A stretch of 64,000 bases of DNA from an uncultured Actinomycetes bacterium (GCA_963764585.1 CAVXTB010000013.1:138517-202516), one strand, 5' to 3'. Positions 1 to 9,725 are shown, counted from the first letter of the stretch. The notes: generated by a model not told the origin, from the sequence alone. Numbers and translations: made by a program.

Positions 1-1398
1 CGGGTTGACGTCGCCGAAGTTCCACTCGTACGCCGGCAGCTGGCCGTTGGGGTGCATGTACCACTCGCGCGTGATGAGGCGCAGCTGATCCTTGGCCAGC
101 GCGGGATCGACGTGCGCGAGCGTCACGCAGTGGAAGGCGAGGTCCCATGCCGCGTACCAGGGGTACTCCCACTTGTCCGGCATCGAGACGATGTCGCGGT
201 TGTAGAGGTGGCGCCAGCCGGCGTTGCGCCCGGACAGCCGCGACGCCGGCGGGGGCGGCTGCCCGGGGTCGCCCCGCAGCCAGCGCTCGACGTCGTAGTT
301 GTAGAACTGCTTGCTCCAGAGCATGCCGGCGAAGGCCTGGCGCATCACGAGCGCTTCGTCGGCCGTCGCCGCGGGCGCGAGCGACGCATAGAAGGCATCG
401 GCCTCGCTCGCGCGGGCATCCATGGCGGCCGCCCACGACTTCCCGAGCTTGCGCGGCTTCGGCGCCAGCCGCAGCCGCACCTCGGCCGTCGCTCCCGGCT
501 CCACGTCGAGCCGGTACCAGAGCGCCGCCTTCGTTCCGGTGCGCTGCGGGTTGACGGTGGCCAGGCCGTGGACGACGTGGTCGTTGATGCCGTCCTTCGG
601 ATGGGCGGGGCCCGGCTGGTTCCAGAGGCGCTGCGTGTTCGTGTCGTTGTCGCAGAACAGCGGCTCGGGCGCCTCGCTTGCCGTGAGCGTCATCGTGCCC
701 AGCACGGGATCCTCGGCCACGAGCGCGCCGGCTTCCTCGTGAATGCGTGGCCGCGCGACCTCGGGGTCCCACGACCAGCGGTTGCGGAACCACAGCGTCG
801 GGAGCAGGTGCAGCGTCGCCGCCTCGGGCCCGGCATTGCGAACGCGGACGCGCAGGCACAGATCGTCGGCCTTGGCCTTGGCGTAGTCGACGACGACGTC
901 CCAATAGCGGTCGTCGTCGAAGGCACCGGTGTCGAGCAGCTCGTACTCGGGCGCCCTGCGGTCGCGCCGCGCGTTCTCGGCCACGAGGTCCGCGTACGGG
1001 AACGCCTCCTGGGGATAGACGTAGCGCCACCGCATCCAGGAGTGGGTGGGCGTCGAGTCCAGGTACCACCAGTACTCCTTGGCGTCCTCGCCGTGGTTGC
1101 CCTCGTGGCCGGTCAGGCCGAAGACGCGCTCCTTCAGGATCGAATCGCGGCCGTTCCAGAACGTGAAGGCCAGGCACAGCAGCTGCCGGTCGTCGCAGAT
1201 GCCGCCCAGCCCGTCCTCGCTCCAGCGGTAGGCCCGCGACCGCGCGTGCTCGTGCGGGAACGACGACCACGCATCGCCGTCGGCGCTGTAGTCCTCGCGC
1301 ACGGTCCCCCACGCCCGCTCGCTGAGATATGGCCCCCAGCGCCGCCAGGGCTCGAGGTCGCGTCGCGATCGCTCTGGGTCGTCGGTCGAAGTCGCCAC
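1..1398 (-). CDS. GH63-like (MGH1-type) glucosidase, N-terminal ~466 aa; 3' end runs off the window
   Basis: Own reverse-strand translation from GTG at 1398: [38 protein letters not shown]...[16 protein letters not shown]...[22 protein letters not shown], open to position 1. Absent from the track because it has no stop in the window. The + strand 485-aa ORF is its Arg-rich shadow. Confidence 0.75.
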   Translation of the reverse strand, partial: MATSTDDPERSRRDLEPWRRWGPYLSERAWGTVREDYSADGDAWSSFPHEHARSRAYRWSEDGLGGICDDRQLLCLAFTFWNGRDSILKERVFGLTGHEGNHGEDAKEYWWYLDSTPTHSWMRWRYVYPQEAFPYADLVAENARRDRRAPEYELLDTGAFDDDRYWDVVVDYAKAKADDLCLRVRVRNAGPEAATLHLLPTLWFRNRWSWDPEVARPRIHEEAGALVAEDPVLGTMTLTASEAPEPLFCDNDTNTQRLWNQPGPAHPKDGINDHVVHGLATVNPQRTGTKAALWYRLDVEPGATAEVRLRLAPKPRKLGKSWAAAMDARASEADAFYASLAPAATADEALVMRQAFAGMLWSKQFYNYDVERWLRGDPGQPPPPASRLSGRNAGWRHLYNRDIVSMPDKWEYPWYAAWDLAFHCVTLAHVDPALAKDQLRLITREWYMHPNGQLPAYEWNFGDVNP

Positions 1399-1551
1399 GG
1401 GCTGACGCTACATGGCTCGCGTGCGCTGAGTTGCGTCACGAGTCGTGAACGACTGCGATCGAAGCGGCGTATGACGCGAGCGTCCTCTGCTGCTCCACGC
1501 CGCGCATGATGGTCACGTGGGCTCCTCCGCGGCCGGCTACCCTCTCGATCG

Positions 1552-2172
1552 ATGCAGCTCCGCCACCTCGCCGCGCTGGTGCCCGTGCTCCTCGCGGTGA
1601 TCGCCGCGGCGCTGCTGCTCCCGCACTCCCCGTCCCAGCTGCGCGACCTCGTCCTCGCGGCCGGCATCGCGGCGCCGGCGATCGTGCTCGCCGCCTGGAT
1701 CGTGCTCACGCCGGCGATGTTCCCGGGAACGGTGCTGGCCGCCGTGGGCGGGCTGGCGTTCGGTGCGGTCGGCGGGACGGCGCTGGCGACCTGCGGCGCC
1801 GTGCTCGGCGGCCTCGCGGCGTTCGCGCTGGCGCGGACCGTGGGCCGCGGGCCGGCCCGACGCCTGGCGGAGCGCAGCCCGAGGCTGGCACGGCTGCAGG
1901 CGCTGATCGAGCGACGCGGGTTCGCCGCGATCCTCGCCGCCCGCCTCATGCCCGGCGTCCCCGCGTCCGGCCTGTACTACGCCGCCGGGCTCTCGCCGGT
2001 GCGCTATGGCGCGTTCACGGCAGCCATCGCCGTCGGCGCGCTCGTGCGCACCACGCCGTACGCCCTGCTCGGCAACGGGCTGGCGTCGGGCTCGGCCCTG
2101 AGCATCGCCCTCGCCGCGGCGTCCGTCGCGATCGGCGGCGCGGGCGCGCTCCTCCTCGTCCGACGGCTCTAG
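1552..2172 (+). CDS. TVP38/TMEM64 (DedA-related, SNARE-associated) membrane protein
   Basis: 206-aa multi-TM ORF with FPGTVLAAVGGLAFG...ARLMPGVPASGLYYAAGLS. Divergent from the glucosidase gene. Confidence 0.8.
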   Translation: MQLRHLAALVPVLLAVIAAALLLPHSPSQLRDLVLAAGIAAPAIVLAAWIVLTPAMFPGTVLAAVGGLAFGAVGGTALATCGAVLGGLAAFALARTVGRGPARRLAERSPRLARLQALIERRGFAAILAARLMPGVPASGLYYAAGLSPVRYGAFTAAIAVGALVRTTPYALLGNGLASGSALSIALAAASVAIGGAGALLLVRRL

Positions 2173-2375
2173 CGCCCGGCGGGCGTATCCGCGCAGGAAT
2201 CGGGCCTCGCGCGAGCGCATCACCCCACAGATGCGCGGGCGGCGGCTCTTACGCTTGCGACGAGGCGCGGACCGTCCAGCAGTTCCTCGAGCGCGTCGCA
2301 GACGCCGCCGAGCGCCACGCGAGCCGTCTCGCCGCTGGCGCTGACGCCAGCGCACACGACGCGCTCGCCGTCCCG

Positions 2376-2894
2376 CTACCCGCTCTCTGGGCTTAGCCCC
2401 GACGCGGAGTGACAGCGCGCCGATTCGACAGCTGCTCTCAGGGCATCGACTTGATGACGCTGGTGCCTGAGCAGGCTCGTGAGAACCTGCTCGAGAGTTC
2501 TTTGCCCATCGCAGAACCTCATGTCGCTGCGCGGCGGCACCTCGTGCAGGTGCTCGTCGCTCAGCTCGCCCACAAGGTTGACGGCGTTCAGCGCACGGGC
2601 GAGTCGTTCGAGCAGGTCGTCGAGGTCGACGTCCTCCGCCCGATAGTGCCCGCCGTGGCCTGACTCCCGGTAACTGCCGGGCCCGCCGACAGTGGCCTGA
2701 AGGAACCCGGCGATGCGGCCATAGTTGTCGGCTGCATGCATCGCGGTCGCGCCGACCGTGCCGTCGCCGAGCGTTCCCCGGCCGGGGCAAGGGCGCGTCA
2801 GCGCCGCATCTCCGTGCGTCGACAGGAGGCCGACCAGCTCCGAGATCTGACCGCGTGCCGTCTGGAGGAGCTGTGCCCCGCGTTCGCCCATCAC
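2376..2894 (-). CDS. DinB/MDMPI-like putative metal-dependent protein
   Basis: 172-aa ORF with spaced His residues (AMHAADNY, LLRHQRHQ). Last gene of the ABC-2 operon. The fold assignment is tentative. Confidence 0.45.
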   Translation of the reverse strand: MMGERGAQLLQTARGQISELVGLLSTHGDAALTRPCPGRGTLGDGTVGATAMHAADNYGRIAGFLQATVGGPGSYRESGHGGHYRAEDVDLDDLLERLARALNAVNLVGELSDEHLHEVPPRSDMRFCDGQRTLEQVLTSLLRHQRHQVDALRAAVESARCHSASGLSPESG

Positions 2895-2909
2895 GTGTCC
2901 TCGCTCCGG

Positions 2910-3053
2910 CTAGCCCGAGCCGGGGCCGACGACGCCGGCTAGGTGAAGCGCCACGAGGATGATGACGACGGCGACGATCGCGACGACAAGTAGGACGGGC
3001 GGGCCGCCACGGGTGCCATCCGGTTCTGGATCGTGCTCGGACAGGCCGGACAT
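2910..3053 (-). CDS. small single-TM protein (47 aa)
   Basis: MSGLSEHDPEPDGTRGGPPVLLVVAIVAVVIILVALHLAGVVGPGSG, preceded by AAAGGAG 5 nt upstream of the ATG. Only the 3' part of track ORF 2910..3311 is used. Confidence 0.4.
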   Translation of the reverse strand: MSGLSEHDPEPDGTRGGPPVLLVVAIVAVVIILVALHLAGVVGPGSG

Positions 3054-3094
3054 CGGGCTCCTTTGCCGGTCTTGTTCTTGCATCGAGCTCTCGG

Positions 3095-3844
3095 TCAGCT
3101 GACGTCGCGGCGTTCGGTGGCGATCGATCCCGCAGCGCTGGCGATCGCGGCGTAGGCCGCGAGCAAGAGCGCGCCGAGCGCGGGCGCGACGAGGGTGTCG
3201 GCGATCTGGGTCTGAATCGCTCCGGCGATGGCTCCCGCACTTGCCCCTGGCGCGAACTTGCCGGCGGCCGGCACGTCGCCGAGCAGGATCGGCTCGATGA
3301 ACAGCAGCCATACGCAGAGCCCGACGACCGCGGCGACCTGGTTGCGTACGAGCCCCCCGACGCCGACACCGATTGCGGCAAACAGCGCGGCAGCAAGGGC
3401 GGCGCCGGCCAGCAGCTGCGCGTACTCGCCCATGTCGAGCTCGATGTGGATCCCGCGCGCGCCGAGTCCAGCTGCTTCCACGCCGGCGGTGAGCGCCGCG
3501 GCCAGCAGACCGACCGCGATGCCGGCGAGCGCGCTCGCGCTCACCTTGGCGGCGATGACCCGTCCGCGCCGAGGGGTGGCGAGGAAGGTCGGGCGAATGG
3601 TGCCGTGTCGGATCTCGCCGGTGATGGACAGCGCTCCGACCAGCGATGCGAAGAGGGCGCCGATGGTCGTTCCCAGCCCGGCGATCTTGAGCTGGTTGTC
3701 GTGGCGCGAGAGGTCGTCGACCCCGAAGCTCAGGACGTGCAGCAGCACGACGAGTGCGACAAGGCCGACCATCCAGAGCAGCAGCACGAGGTTCGTGCGG
3801 GTGGTGCGCTGCTTGAGCAGCTCGGAGCGGAGCTGCGCGGTCAC
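3095..3844 (-). CDS. ABC-2 type transporter permease
   Basis: 249-aa ORF with 6 predicted TM helices. Its start overlaps the stop of the upstream ATPase gene (3841-3844). Confidence 0.8.
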   Translation of the reverse strand: MTAQLRSELLKQRTTRTNLVLLLWMVGLVALVVLLHVLSFGVDDLSRHDNQLKIAGLGTTIGALFASLVGALSITGEIRHGTIRPTFLATPRRGRVIAAKVSASALAGIAVGLLAAALTAGVEAAGLGARGIHIELDMGEYAQLLAGAALAAALFAAIGVGVGGLVRNQVAAVVGLCVWLLFIEPILLGDVPAAGKFAPGASAGAIAGAIQTQIADTLVAPALGALLLAAYAAIASAAGSIATERRDVS

Positions 3845-4632
3845 GCCGGCCCCTCGGTGGTGAGCTCGAGGTAGAGGTCCTCGAGCGAGCGGGCGCCGTC
3901 GGGGAGCTCCTCGATCGCGACCGTCGCGACCAGGCGGCCGCGATTGATGATCACGACGGCGTCGACGGTCTGGGCGATTTCGGCGAGCACGTGGCTCGAG
4001 ACCAGCACGGTCTTGCCGGATTGGGCGAACTGGCGCAGGAAGCCACGCAGCCAGTGAACGCCGGCGGGATCGAGGCCGTTGGCGGGCTCGTCGAGGAGCA
4101 GGAGATCGGGGTCACCGAGCAGCGCTGCCGCCAGGCCGAGCCGCTGTCGCATGCCGAGCGAGTAGCTCCGCACGCGCCGATCGGCAGCTGCCTGCAGCTC
4201 GACGAGGGCGAGCAGCTCCTCAGCGCGGTCAAACGCGATGCCGGTCGCGAGCGCGAGCGCGCGGAGGTGGTTGCGGCCTGAGCGGCCGGGATCGAAGTCG
4301 CCGGACTCCAGGACGGCACCGACTCGACGCATCGGATTGTCGAGCTCGCGGTACCGGCGGCCGAAGACGAGCGCGTCGCCGGCGGTCGGCTGAGCGAGGC
4401 CGAGCAGGATCCTCAGGGTCGTCGTCTTGCCGGCGCCGTTGGGCCCCAAGAACCCGGTGATCGTCCCCCGCTTGAGCGCGAAGGTGAGCCCCTCGACGGC
4501 CGCCACCTCGCCGTAGCGCTTGGTGAGGCTCCGCACGCTGAGGGCCGGCTCACTGAGCGTTCGCGCGCCCGCGACTTGGGCATCCGGCGGCGCCGGCTCG
4601 ACGGTCACTCGGTCGTTTCGGGTGTCTTGCAT
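3841..4632 (-). CDS. ABC transporter ATP-binding protein (ABC-2/DrrA-like)
   Basis: Walker A GPNGAGKTT, signature YSLGMRQRL, Walker B LLLLDEP. Confidence 0.9.
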   Translation of the reverse strand: MQDTRNDRVTVEPAPPDAQVAGARTLSEPALSVRSLTKRYGEVAAVEGLTFALKRGTITGFLGPNGAGKTTTLRILLGLAQPTAGDALVFGRRYRELDNPMRRVGAVLESGDFDPGRSGRNHLRALALATGIAFDRAEELLALVELQAAADRRVRSYSLGMRQRLGLAAALLGDPDLLLLDEPANGLDPAGVHWLRGFLRQFAQSGKTVLVSSHVLAEIAQTVDAVVIINRGRLVATVAIEELPDGARSLEDLYLELTTEGPA

Positions 4633-4667
4633 CGAGACGCATCGTCATCGCCTCGCGCCGCGCCGAC

Positions 4668-5891
4668 ATGGGCCGCCCGGAGTATCCGATCTACTCCTGC
4701 GGGAGTACTCGTGCGGCCAGGCGTGGCGCTAGATTCGGCTGCACGGTGCCGCGTCGTTCTGCCGATCTCCTGGATGCGGCCGTGCCGCTCATCGTCGGCG
4801 CGGTGATCACCCTCGGCGGCGTCCTTCACGGCGCCGGCGGCGCGCGCCCGTTGGCGCTGGCCGTCGGGCTCGGCGCGGCCGGGTCGTTGGCGTGGCGCCG
4901 GCGCGCGCCGGGGTGGACGCTCGCGGTCTCGGGCGGGCTGGCGCTGATCCTGCTTCACATCGACGCGTCTGCGGGAGCGACCGCGGTGATCGCGCCCGCG
5001 GTCGCGCTCTACTCGCTGGCGCTCAGCCGGGGGCGCGTTGCGCAGCTGCTCGCCGCGGTGGCGGCGGTCGCCGCGGTGATCCTCGCGGACGTGCTTCACG
5101 CCCGAAGTCCCACGCTCCTGCAGACGCTCGGGCACGTGCTGCTGGTCGCGATCCCGCTTCTGGTTGCCGATCTGCATCGCACCCGCCACGCGTACGTCGC
5201 GCTGCTGCGCGAACGGCTCGAGCTCGCCGAGCACACGCGGGAGCAGGAAGCCCAGCGCCGCGCCGAGCAGGAGCGCATGCGGATCGCTCGCGACCTGCAC
5301 GACGTCGTGGCGCACACGCTGACGACGATCAACGTGCAGGCGGCCACCGCGGCGCAGTTGCTCGATCGAAACCCAGCGCACGCCCGAGTCGCGCTCGAGA
5401 CGATCGAGGACGCCAGCCGCGATGCGATCGGCGAGCTGCGAGCGATCCTCGGTGTGCTGCGCAACGGCGACGATCGGGACGCGCCGCTGACCCCGGTCCC
5501 GGGTGTCGATGAGGTCGCCCACCTCGTCAGCCGCACACGCGAGGAGGGCGTCGACGTGGACATGAACGTCGTCGGCGAGCAACCCGAGCGGATGCCGGAC
5601 GCCGTCTCGCTCGCGGCGTTCCGGATCGTGCAGGAATCCCTCACGAACGCCCGCCGCCATGCGGCGGGAGCGCCAGTGCGCATCAAACTCTCGTTCGAGC
5701 CAAGTGGCTTGTCCCTGGCCGTCGAGAACGAAGCCGGATCGGCGGCCAACGGCAACGGCGCGACCGCGGGCGTCGGCATCGCGGGCATGACAGAGCGAGC
5801 GACGGCCGTCGGCGGGACGCTGCGCGCCGGCCCTCTGCCGGCCGGGTTCCGAGTCGACGCCGAGCTCCCCTACGTCCGCGCCGGCGAGTGA
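4668..5891 (+). CDS. sensor histidine kinase, HisKA_3 (NarL-partner) type
   Basis: TM-rich N-terminus, H-box RMRIARDLHDVVAHTL, and HATPase region NARRHA...GVGIAGMTERA. The true start may be the GTG near 4749. Confidence 0.85.
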   Translation: MGRPEYPIYSCGSTRAARRGARFGCTVPRRSADLLDAAVPLIVGAVITLGGVLHGAGGARPLALAVGLGAAGSLAWRRRAPGWTLAVSGGLALILLHIDASAGATAVIAPAVALYSLALSRGRVAQLLAAVAAVAAVILADVLHARSPTLLQTLGHVLLVAIPLLVADLHRTRHAYVALLRERLELAEHTREQEAQRRAEQERMRIARDLHDVVAHTLTTINVQAATAAQLLDRNPAHARVALETIEDASRDAIGELRAILGVLRNGDDRDAPLTPVPGVDEVAHLVSRTREEGVDVDMNVVGEQPERMPDAVSLAAFRIVQESLTNARRHAAGAPVRIKLSFEPSGLSLAVENEAGSAANGNGATAGVGIAGMTERATAVGGTLRAGPLPAGFRVDAELPYVRAGE

Positions 5892-6553
5892 TCCGCGTCC
5901 TCGTCGCCGACGATCAGGCCGCCGTCCGCGGCGGCTTTGCCGCGCTCATCGACGCACAGGAGACCATGCGGGTCGTGGGCGAGGCGACCAACGGACGCGA
6001 AGCGGTCGACCTCGCACGGCGCGTCTTCCCGCACGTCGTGCTCATGGACATCCGCATGCCCGTTCTCGACGGGCTCGAGGCGACCAGGATCATCTGCGCC
6101 GACGCCGGTCTCGCCCGCACCCGGGTGCTGGTGCTGACCACCTTCGACCTCGACGAATACGTCTACAGCGCGCTGCGCACCGGCGCCAGCGGCTTCCTGC
6201 TCAAGGAGACGCGCCCGCGCGAGCTGCTCGACGCGATCGAGGTCATCGCCGCAGGCGATGCGCTGATCGCCCCAAGCATCACCCGCCGCCTGATCGCCGA
6301 GTTCGCCGCCCGCCGAGACCCGGCCGAGCCGCCCGCCGCGGTGGCCGATCTGACCGACCGCGAACGCGAGATCCTGCGCCTCGTCGCAGAGGGCCTGAGC
6401 AATGCCGAGATCGCCGGACGGCTGGTGATCAGCCCGCTCACCGCCAAGACGCACGTAAGCAACGTCCTGCGCAAGCTCGACTGCCGCGACCGCGCCGCGC
6501 TGGTCGCACTCGCCTACGAGAGCGGACTGATCGCGCCCGGCGGCAGGCGCTGA
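5888..6553 (+). CDS. response regulator, NarL/LuxR family
   Basis: Receiver domain IRVLVADDQ...VLMDIRMP plus a LuxR HTH (LTDREREILRLVAEGLSNAEIA). 4-nt overlap with the kinase gene. Confidence 0.9.
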   Translation: MIRVLVADDQAAVRGGFAALIDAQETMRVVGEATNGREAVDLARRVFPHVVLMDIRMPVLDGLEATRIICADAGLARTRVLVLTTFDLDEYVYSALRTGASGFLLKETRPRELLDAIEVIAAGDALIAPSITRRLIAEFAARRDPAEPPAAVADLTDREREILRLVAEGLSNAEIAGRLVISPLTAKTHVSNVLRKLDCRDRAALVALAYESGLIAPGGRR

Positions 6554-6600
6554 GTCGAGGCCATTCGGCCCTGCGCGGCAGTCGCTCCTGTCGCCTGGAC

Positions 6601-6820
6601 GGTCAGCGCCCTGGCGCACGCGACCGTCTGTGCCTTCAACCCTCGAACACCGGCGCGCTCGCCGCGGGCACGTTCCCGCTGCCCGTGCCACGCGACCGGT
6701 CGTTGCAGCAGATCGCGATCGAAGACGTCGGCGCCGTGGCGGCGATCGTCATCGAGAACCGCGACGCGTTCGCTGGCGCGGGTCCGGGGCCGGCTGCGAC
6801 GATGTCGCCGCCGGTCTCCC
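6601..6820 (+). pseudogene. possible NmrA-family gene remnant (C-terminal fragment, no start)
   Basis: The frame reads ...AAGTFPLPVPRDRSLQQIAIEDVGAVAAIVIENRDAFAGAG, then decays. It abuts the cyclase start. Boundaries are approximate. Confidence 0.3.
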
Positions 6821-7480
6821 ATGGACAGCGAGCACATCGCCACACCGCAGACCTTCGTCTTCGCGGACCTCGCGGGCTACACGGCGTTGACCGAGGCGCA
6901 CGGCGACGAGACCGCCGCCGACACCGCCGCCGCCTTCCGTGCTGCCACCGCGGTCCTGCTGATTGGGACAGGCGGCGAAGAGGTCAAGGCGCTCGGCGAC
7001 GGTCTGATGTTGCGCATCCCACACGCCGCCTCGGCGATCCGCCTCGGCTCCCGGCTGGCGCGCGAAACGGTCGGTCATCGCTCGCTCGGCGTGCGCGTGG
7101 GCATGCACACCGGTTCGGCGATACGACGCGACGGCGACTGGTTCGGCGCAGCGGTCAACGTCGCCGCGCGCGTGGCGGCGGTGGCGGGCGCAGGCGAGGT
7201 GCTGCTCAGCCGCGCAACGCGCGACGCCGCCCAGGCGGACCTGCACGGCGTCGTGCTCGACGCACGCGGGACCGAGCGCCTGCGCCACGTGGCCCAGCCG
7301 GTCGAGCTCTACGCGGTCCGGCTGGAGGATCCGCTACTGGTCATCGATCCCGTCTGCCACATGGCCGTCGATCCAGACCAGGCCGCCGAAGTGCGCGAAG
7401 AACGGGGCGTGAGGCAGTACTTCTGCTCGCTCGAGTGCGCAGAGACATTCGAGCGCGCGCCACAGCGCTACCTCCAGTGA
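6821..7480 (+). CDS. class III adenylate/guanylate cyclase catalytic domain fused to a C-terminal YHS domain
   Basis: Cyclase motifs FVFADLAGYT, KALGDGLM, GMHTGSA and FGAAVNVAARV, followed by the YHS-like VIDPVCHMAVDPDQA...YFCSLECAETF. Confidence 0.8.
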   Translation: MDSEHIATPQTFVFADLAGYTALTEAHGDETAADTAAAFRAATAVLLIGTGGEEVKALGDGLMLRIPHAASAIRLGSRLARETVGHRSLGVRVGMHTGSAIRRDGDWFGAAVNVAARVAAVAGAGEVLLSRATRDAAQADLHGVVLDARGTERLRHVAQPVELYAVRLEDPLLVIDPVCHMAVDPDQAAEVREERGVRQYFCSLECAETFERAPQRYLQ

Positions 7481-7616
7481 GGCTGCGCGAGCCGCGGGCT
7501 CGCCGAAGCTGTCGAGGTCATTCCGGCTCGATCGCGTCGACGGCATCGCGGGGGCTGACTTGCGCGCGAATCCGCAGCCGTTCGCCGACCTGGGGCGGAG
7601 CGCCTGACGCCGCGCA

Positions 7617-8366
7617 TCACGTGGCGTTCACGAGGAGCCGCCGCAGCACCCACCCCACCGCCAGCGCGAGGAGGGCCAGCCACCCGATCGCCAGTGCGAG
7701 CTCGGCAGAGGCGTGGAAGCTCGCGGAGAACGCGCCGTCGATGACGACCCGTCCGGCGCCGTAGTCCGGAAACACGTAGGCGAGGCCGCCCGGGGTCCCG
7801 TCGCCAAACATCGGGTTCTGCAGGATGCCGGTACCGAGCATGGCCAAGAACAGCACGACGTAGGTGGCACCGAGCTGGCCGAGCGCGGCTCCCGCCAGCG
7901 CTCCGATGCACGCGTAGGTCAGCCCGACGAGCAGGTTGCCGAGGATGAACGCCGGCCACGACGCCGGCGTGAAGCTCAGGGCCGTGACCGCAAGCGAGAC
8001 CGCCACCACCACCCCGGTGGCGGCAGCCAGCACCGCGAGGCGCGGGAGGACGGCCTCGATCGGCCGGTAGCCGGCGACCACCAGGCGGCGGTCGGCGCTC
8101 CGCGCCGAGCGCATGATGAACACACCGCACAGCGCGGCGAGGAAGGCGACGGTGATGGTGACCATCGACGCCCCGTGCGCTTCTTTCATCGTGGCGAGGA
8201 TGTCGCTGCCGCCGGGCAGCCCGATGAGCCGCGGCGTCGGCTCGGTGCGCGCGATCGCGCGCGTGATGAAGAAGAACGGCAGCACGACGAGCAGGACGAG
8301 CAGCAGCGGGCGGCGCGCTTGCTCGCGGAACCCGAGGCGAGTCGCGGTCAGGATGCGCGCGTTCAT
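7617..8366 (-). CDS. ABC-2 type transporter permease (second permease)
   Basis: Start taken at MNARILTATRLGFREQ, residue 52 of track ORF 7617..8519. ATGA overlap with the upstream permease. Multi-TM. Confidence 0.75.
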   Translation of the reverse strand: MNARILTATRLGFREQARRPLLLVLLVVLPFFFITRAIARTEPTPRLIGLPGGSDILATMKEAHGASMVTITVAFLAALCGVFIMRSARSADRRLVVAGYRPIEAVLPRLAVLAAATGVVVAVSLAVTALSFTPASWPAFILGNLLVGLTYACIGALAGAALGQLGATYVVLFLAMLGTGILQNPMFGDGTPGGLAYVFPDYGAGRVVIDGAFSASFHASAELALAIGWLALLALAVGWVLRRLLVNAT

Positions 8367-9061
8367 GCTCGGCTCCTTGCCGACGCGACGAATACCAGGA
8401 ACGAGGCGACGAGCCCGCCGACGGTGACGAGTGCGACCTTGACCCAGTCGCCCGTCGGTGAGGCGGTGCCCATGCCGGCGGCGATGAGGATGTCGGCAGC
8501 CTTCTGGCTGAGCGCCCATGGCGGTGCCGATCCGCCGGTCATGCCGGGGCCGGCGAAGGCGTCGAGCAGGAAGATGAACACGACCAGCAGCGAGCCCTCC
8601 AGCGGCGCGCTGATGAGCGACCCGACGAGTACGCCGATCGCGAGATACAGCAGGGCGAACGCGAGCACCGCGACCGCGGCGTGCAGCGGGTGCGTGACGT
8701 CGACTCGGATGACGAGCGCCGCGAACGCGGCGGCCGCAGCCACGACCGCGAGCAGCACCGACGCGGCGATGCGCGAGACCGCCACCCGCGCGGGTCCGAG
8801 TCCGGCCAGCGCCAGCCGCTGGTCGGCGCCGCGCGACGATGCGGCCTGGAAGAACCCGAGCGCACCGGAGATGAACGCCGCCGCCCAGCCGGCGCTCAGC
8901 GCGACCGCCGCATCGCCGACCAGCGACCCGCCGATCGCGGACGCGAACTCGCTGAGCACGCCCGCCGCCGAGACGACGAACAGCGCGGGGATCGCGACCA
9001 GCAACGCGAGCGTGAACGGGGCGCGCAGTTGCTCGCGGGCAAAGACGACGGTGCGGGTCAT
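8363..9061 (-). CDS. ABC-2 type transporter permease (first permease)
   Basis: 232-aa multi-TM ORF. 4-nt overlaps with both neighbouring genes. Confidence 0.75.
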   Translation of the reverse strand: MTRTVVFAREQLRAPFTLALLVAIPALFVVSAAGVLSEFASAIGGSLVGDAAVALSAGWAAAFISGALGFFQAASSRGADQRLALAGLGPARVAVSRIAASVLLAVVAAAAAFAALVIRVDVTHPLHAAVAVLAFALLYLAIGVLVGSLISAPLEGSLLVVFIFLLDAFAGPGMTGGSAPPWALSQKAADILIAAGMGTASPTGDWVKVALVTVGGLVASFLVFVASARSRA

Positions 9062-9717
9062 CTCAGCACCTCGCAGCGTCCGTCGCGCAGCTCGTAGATG
9101 CGGGTGAGCCGTTCGCGTTCGGCGAGCAGGTGACTGACGATGAGGATGCCCATGCCGTGCTGGCGGCGGCGCTCGGCCATCTCCCAGAAGCGCACGTAGG
9201 TCTCCCAGTCGAAGCCCGCATACGGCTCGTCGAGCAGCAGCAATTCCGGCGAGTGCATGAGCGCCAGCGCGAGATTGAGCTTCTGGCGTGTGCCGCCCGA
9301 CAACGCCTCGACGCGGTAGTCGAGGTACTTGGCGAAGCCCAGCTCATCGAGCAGGCCGTCGCGGGATGCCGTCGCGGTTCCCTCGTCGAGCTCGTAAGCC
9401 TGCGCGAACAGCTCGAAGTGCTCGGCGACGGTCAGCTTGTCCCACAACAGCGGCGCCTGCGGGCAGTAACCGAGGCGCCCGTCGAGCGCGATATCTCCGC
9501 CATCGCGCGCCAGCATGCCGACGATCGCCTGCATCAGCGTGCTCTTGCCCGACCCGTTCTCGCCGACCAGGCCGACCAGCTCGCCAGGCCGAACCTCAAG
9601 CGACGCGCCACGGAGAACCTCGACGCGTCGGCGATGCCACGGCGGCCCCGACCGGAACGCCTTGGCGACGCCATGGACGGCAAGCACCGCCGCCGTCGTG
9701 GGCAGCGTCGCGGACAT
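9058..9717 (-). CDS. ABC transporter ATP-binding protein
   Basis: Walker A GENGSGKST, signature LSGGTRQKL, Walker B LLLLDEP. Confidence 0.9.
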   Translation of the reverse strand: MSATLPTTAAVLAVHGVAKAFRSGPPWHRRRVEVLRGASLEVRPGELVGLVGENGSGKSTLMQAIVGMLARDGGDIALDGRLGYCPQAPLLWDKLTVAEHFELFAQAYELDEGTATASRDGLLDELGFAKYLDYRVEALSGGTRQKLNLALALMHSPELLLLDEPYAGFDWETYVRFWEMAERRRQHGMGILIVSHLLAERERLTRIYELRDGRCEVLR

Positions 9718-9725
9718 GATGTCCT

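Noticed and set aside
52-1509. 485-aa + strand ORF and several overlapping ORFs at the left edge of the window
   Set aside because: Arg/Ala/Gly/Pro-rich low-complexity translations. They lie antisense to a reverse-strand frame that reads as a clean GH63-like glucosidase. These are typical shadow ORFs of a very GC-rich genome.
1537-3396. 619-aa minus-strand ORF spanning the DedA-like and DinB-like loci
   Set aside because: The Arg-rich junk sequence overlaps better-supported genes on both strands, and no motif is present. The same reasoning rejects other giant shadows: 12371..14158 +, 22738..24999 -, 36474..38798 -, 47530..49791 +, the 5' part of 49795..52815 +, 54141..56045 +, and 60300..62303 -.
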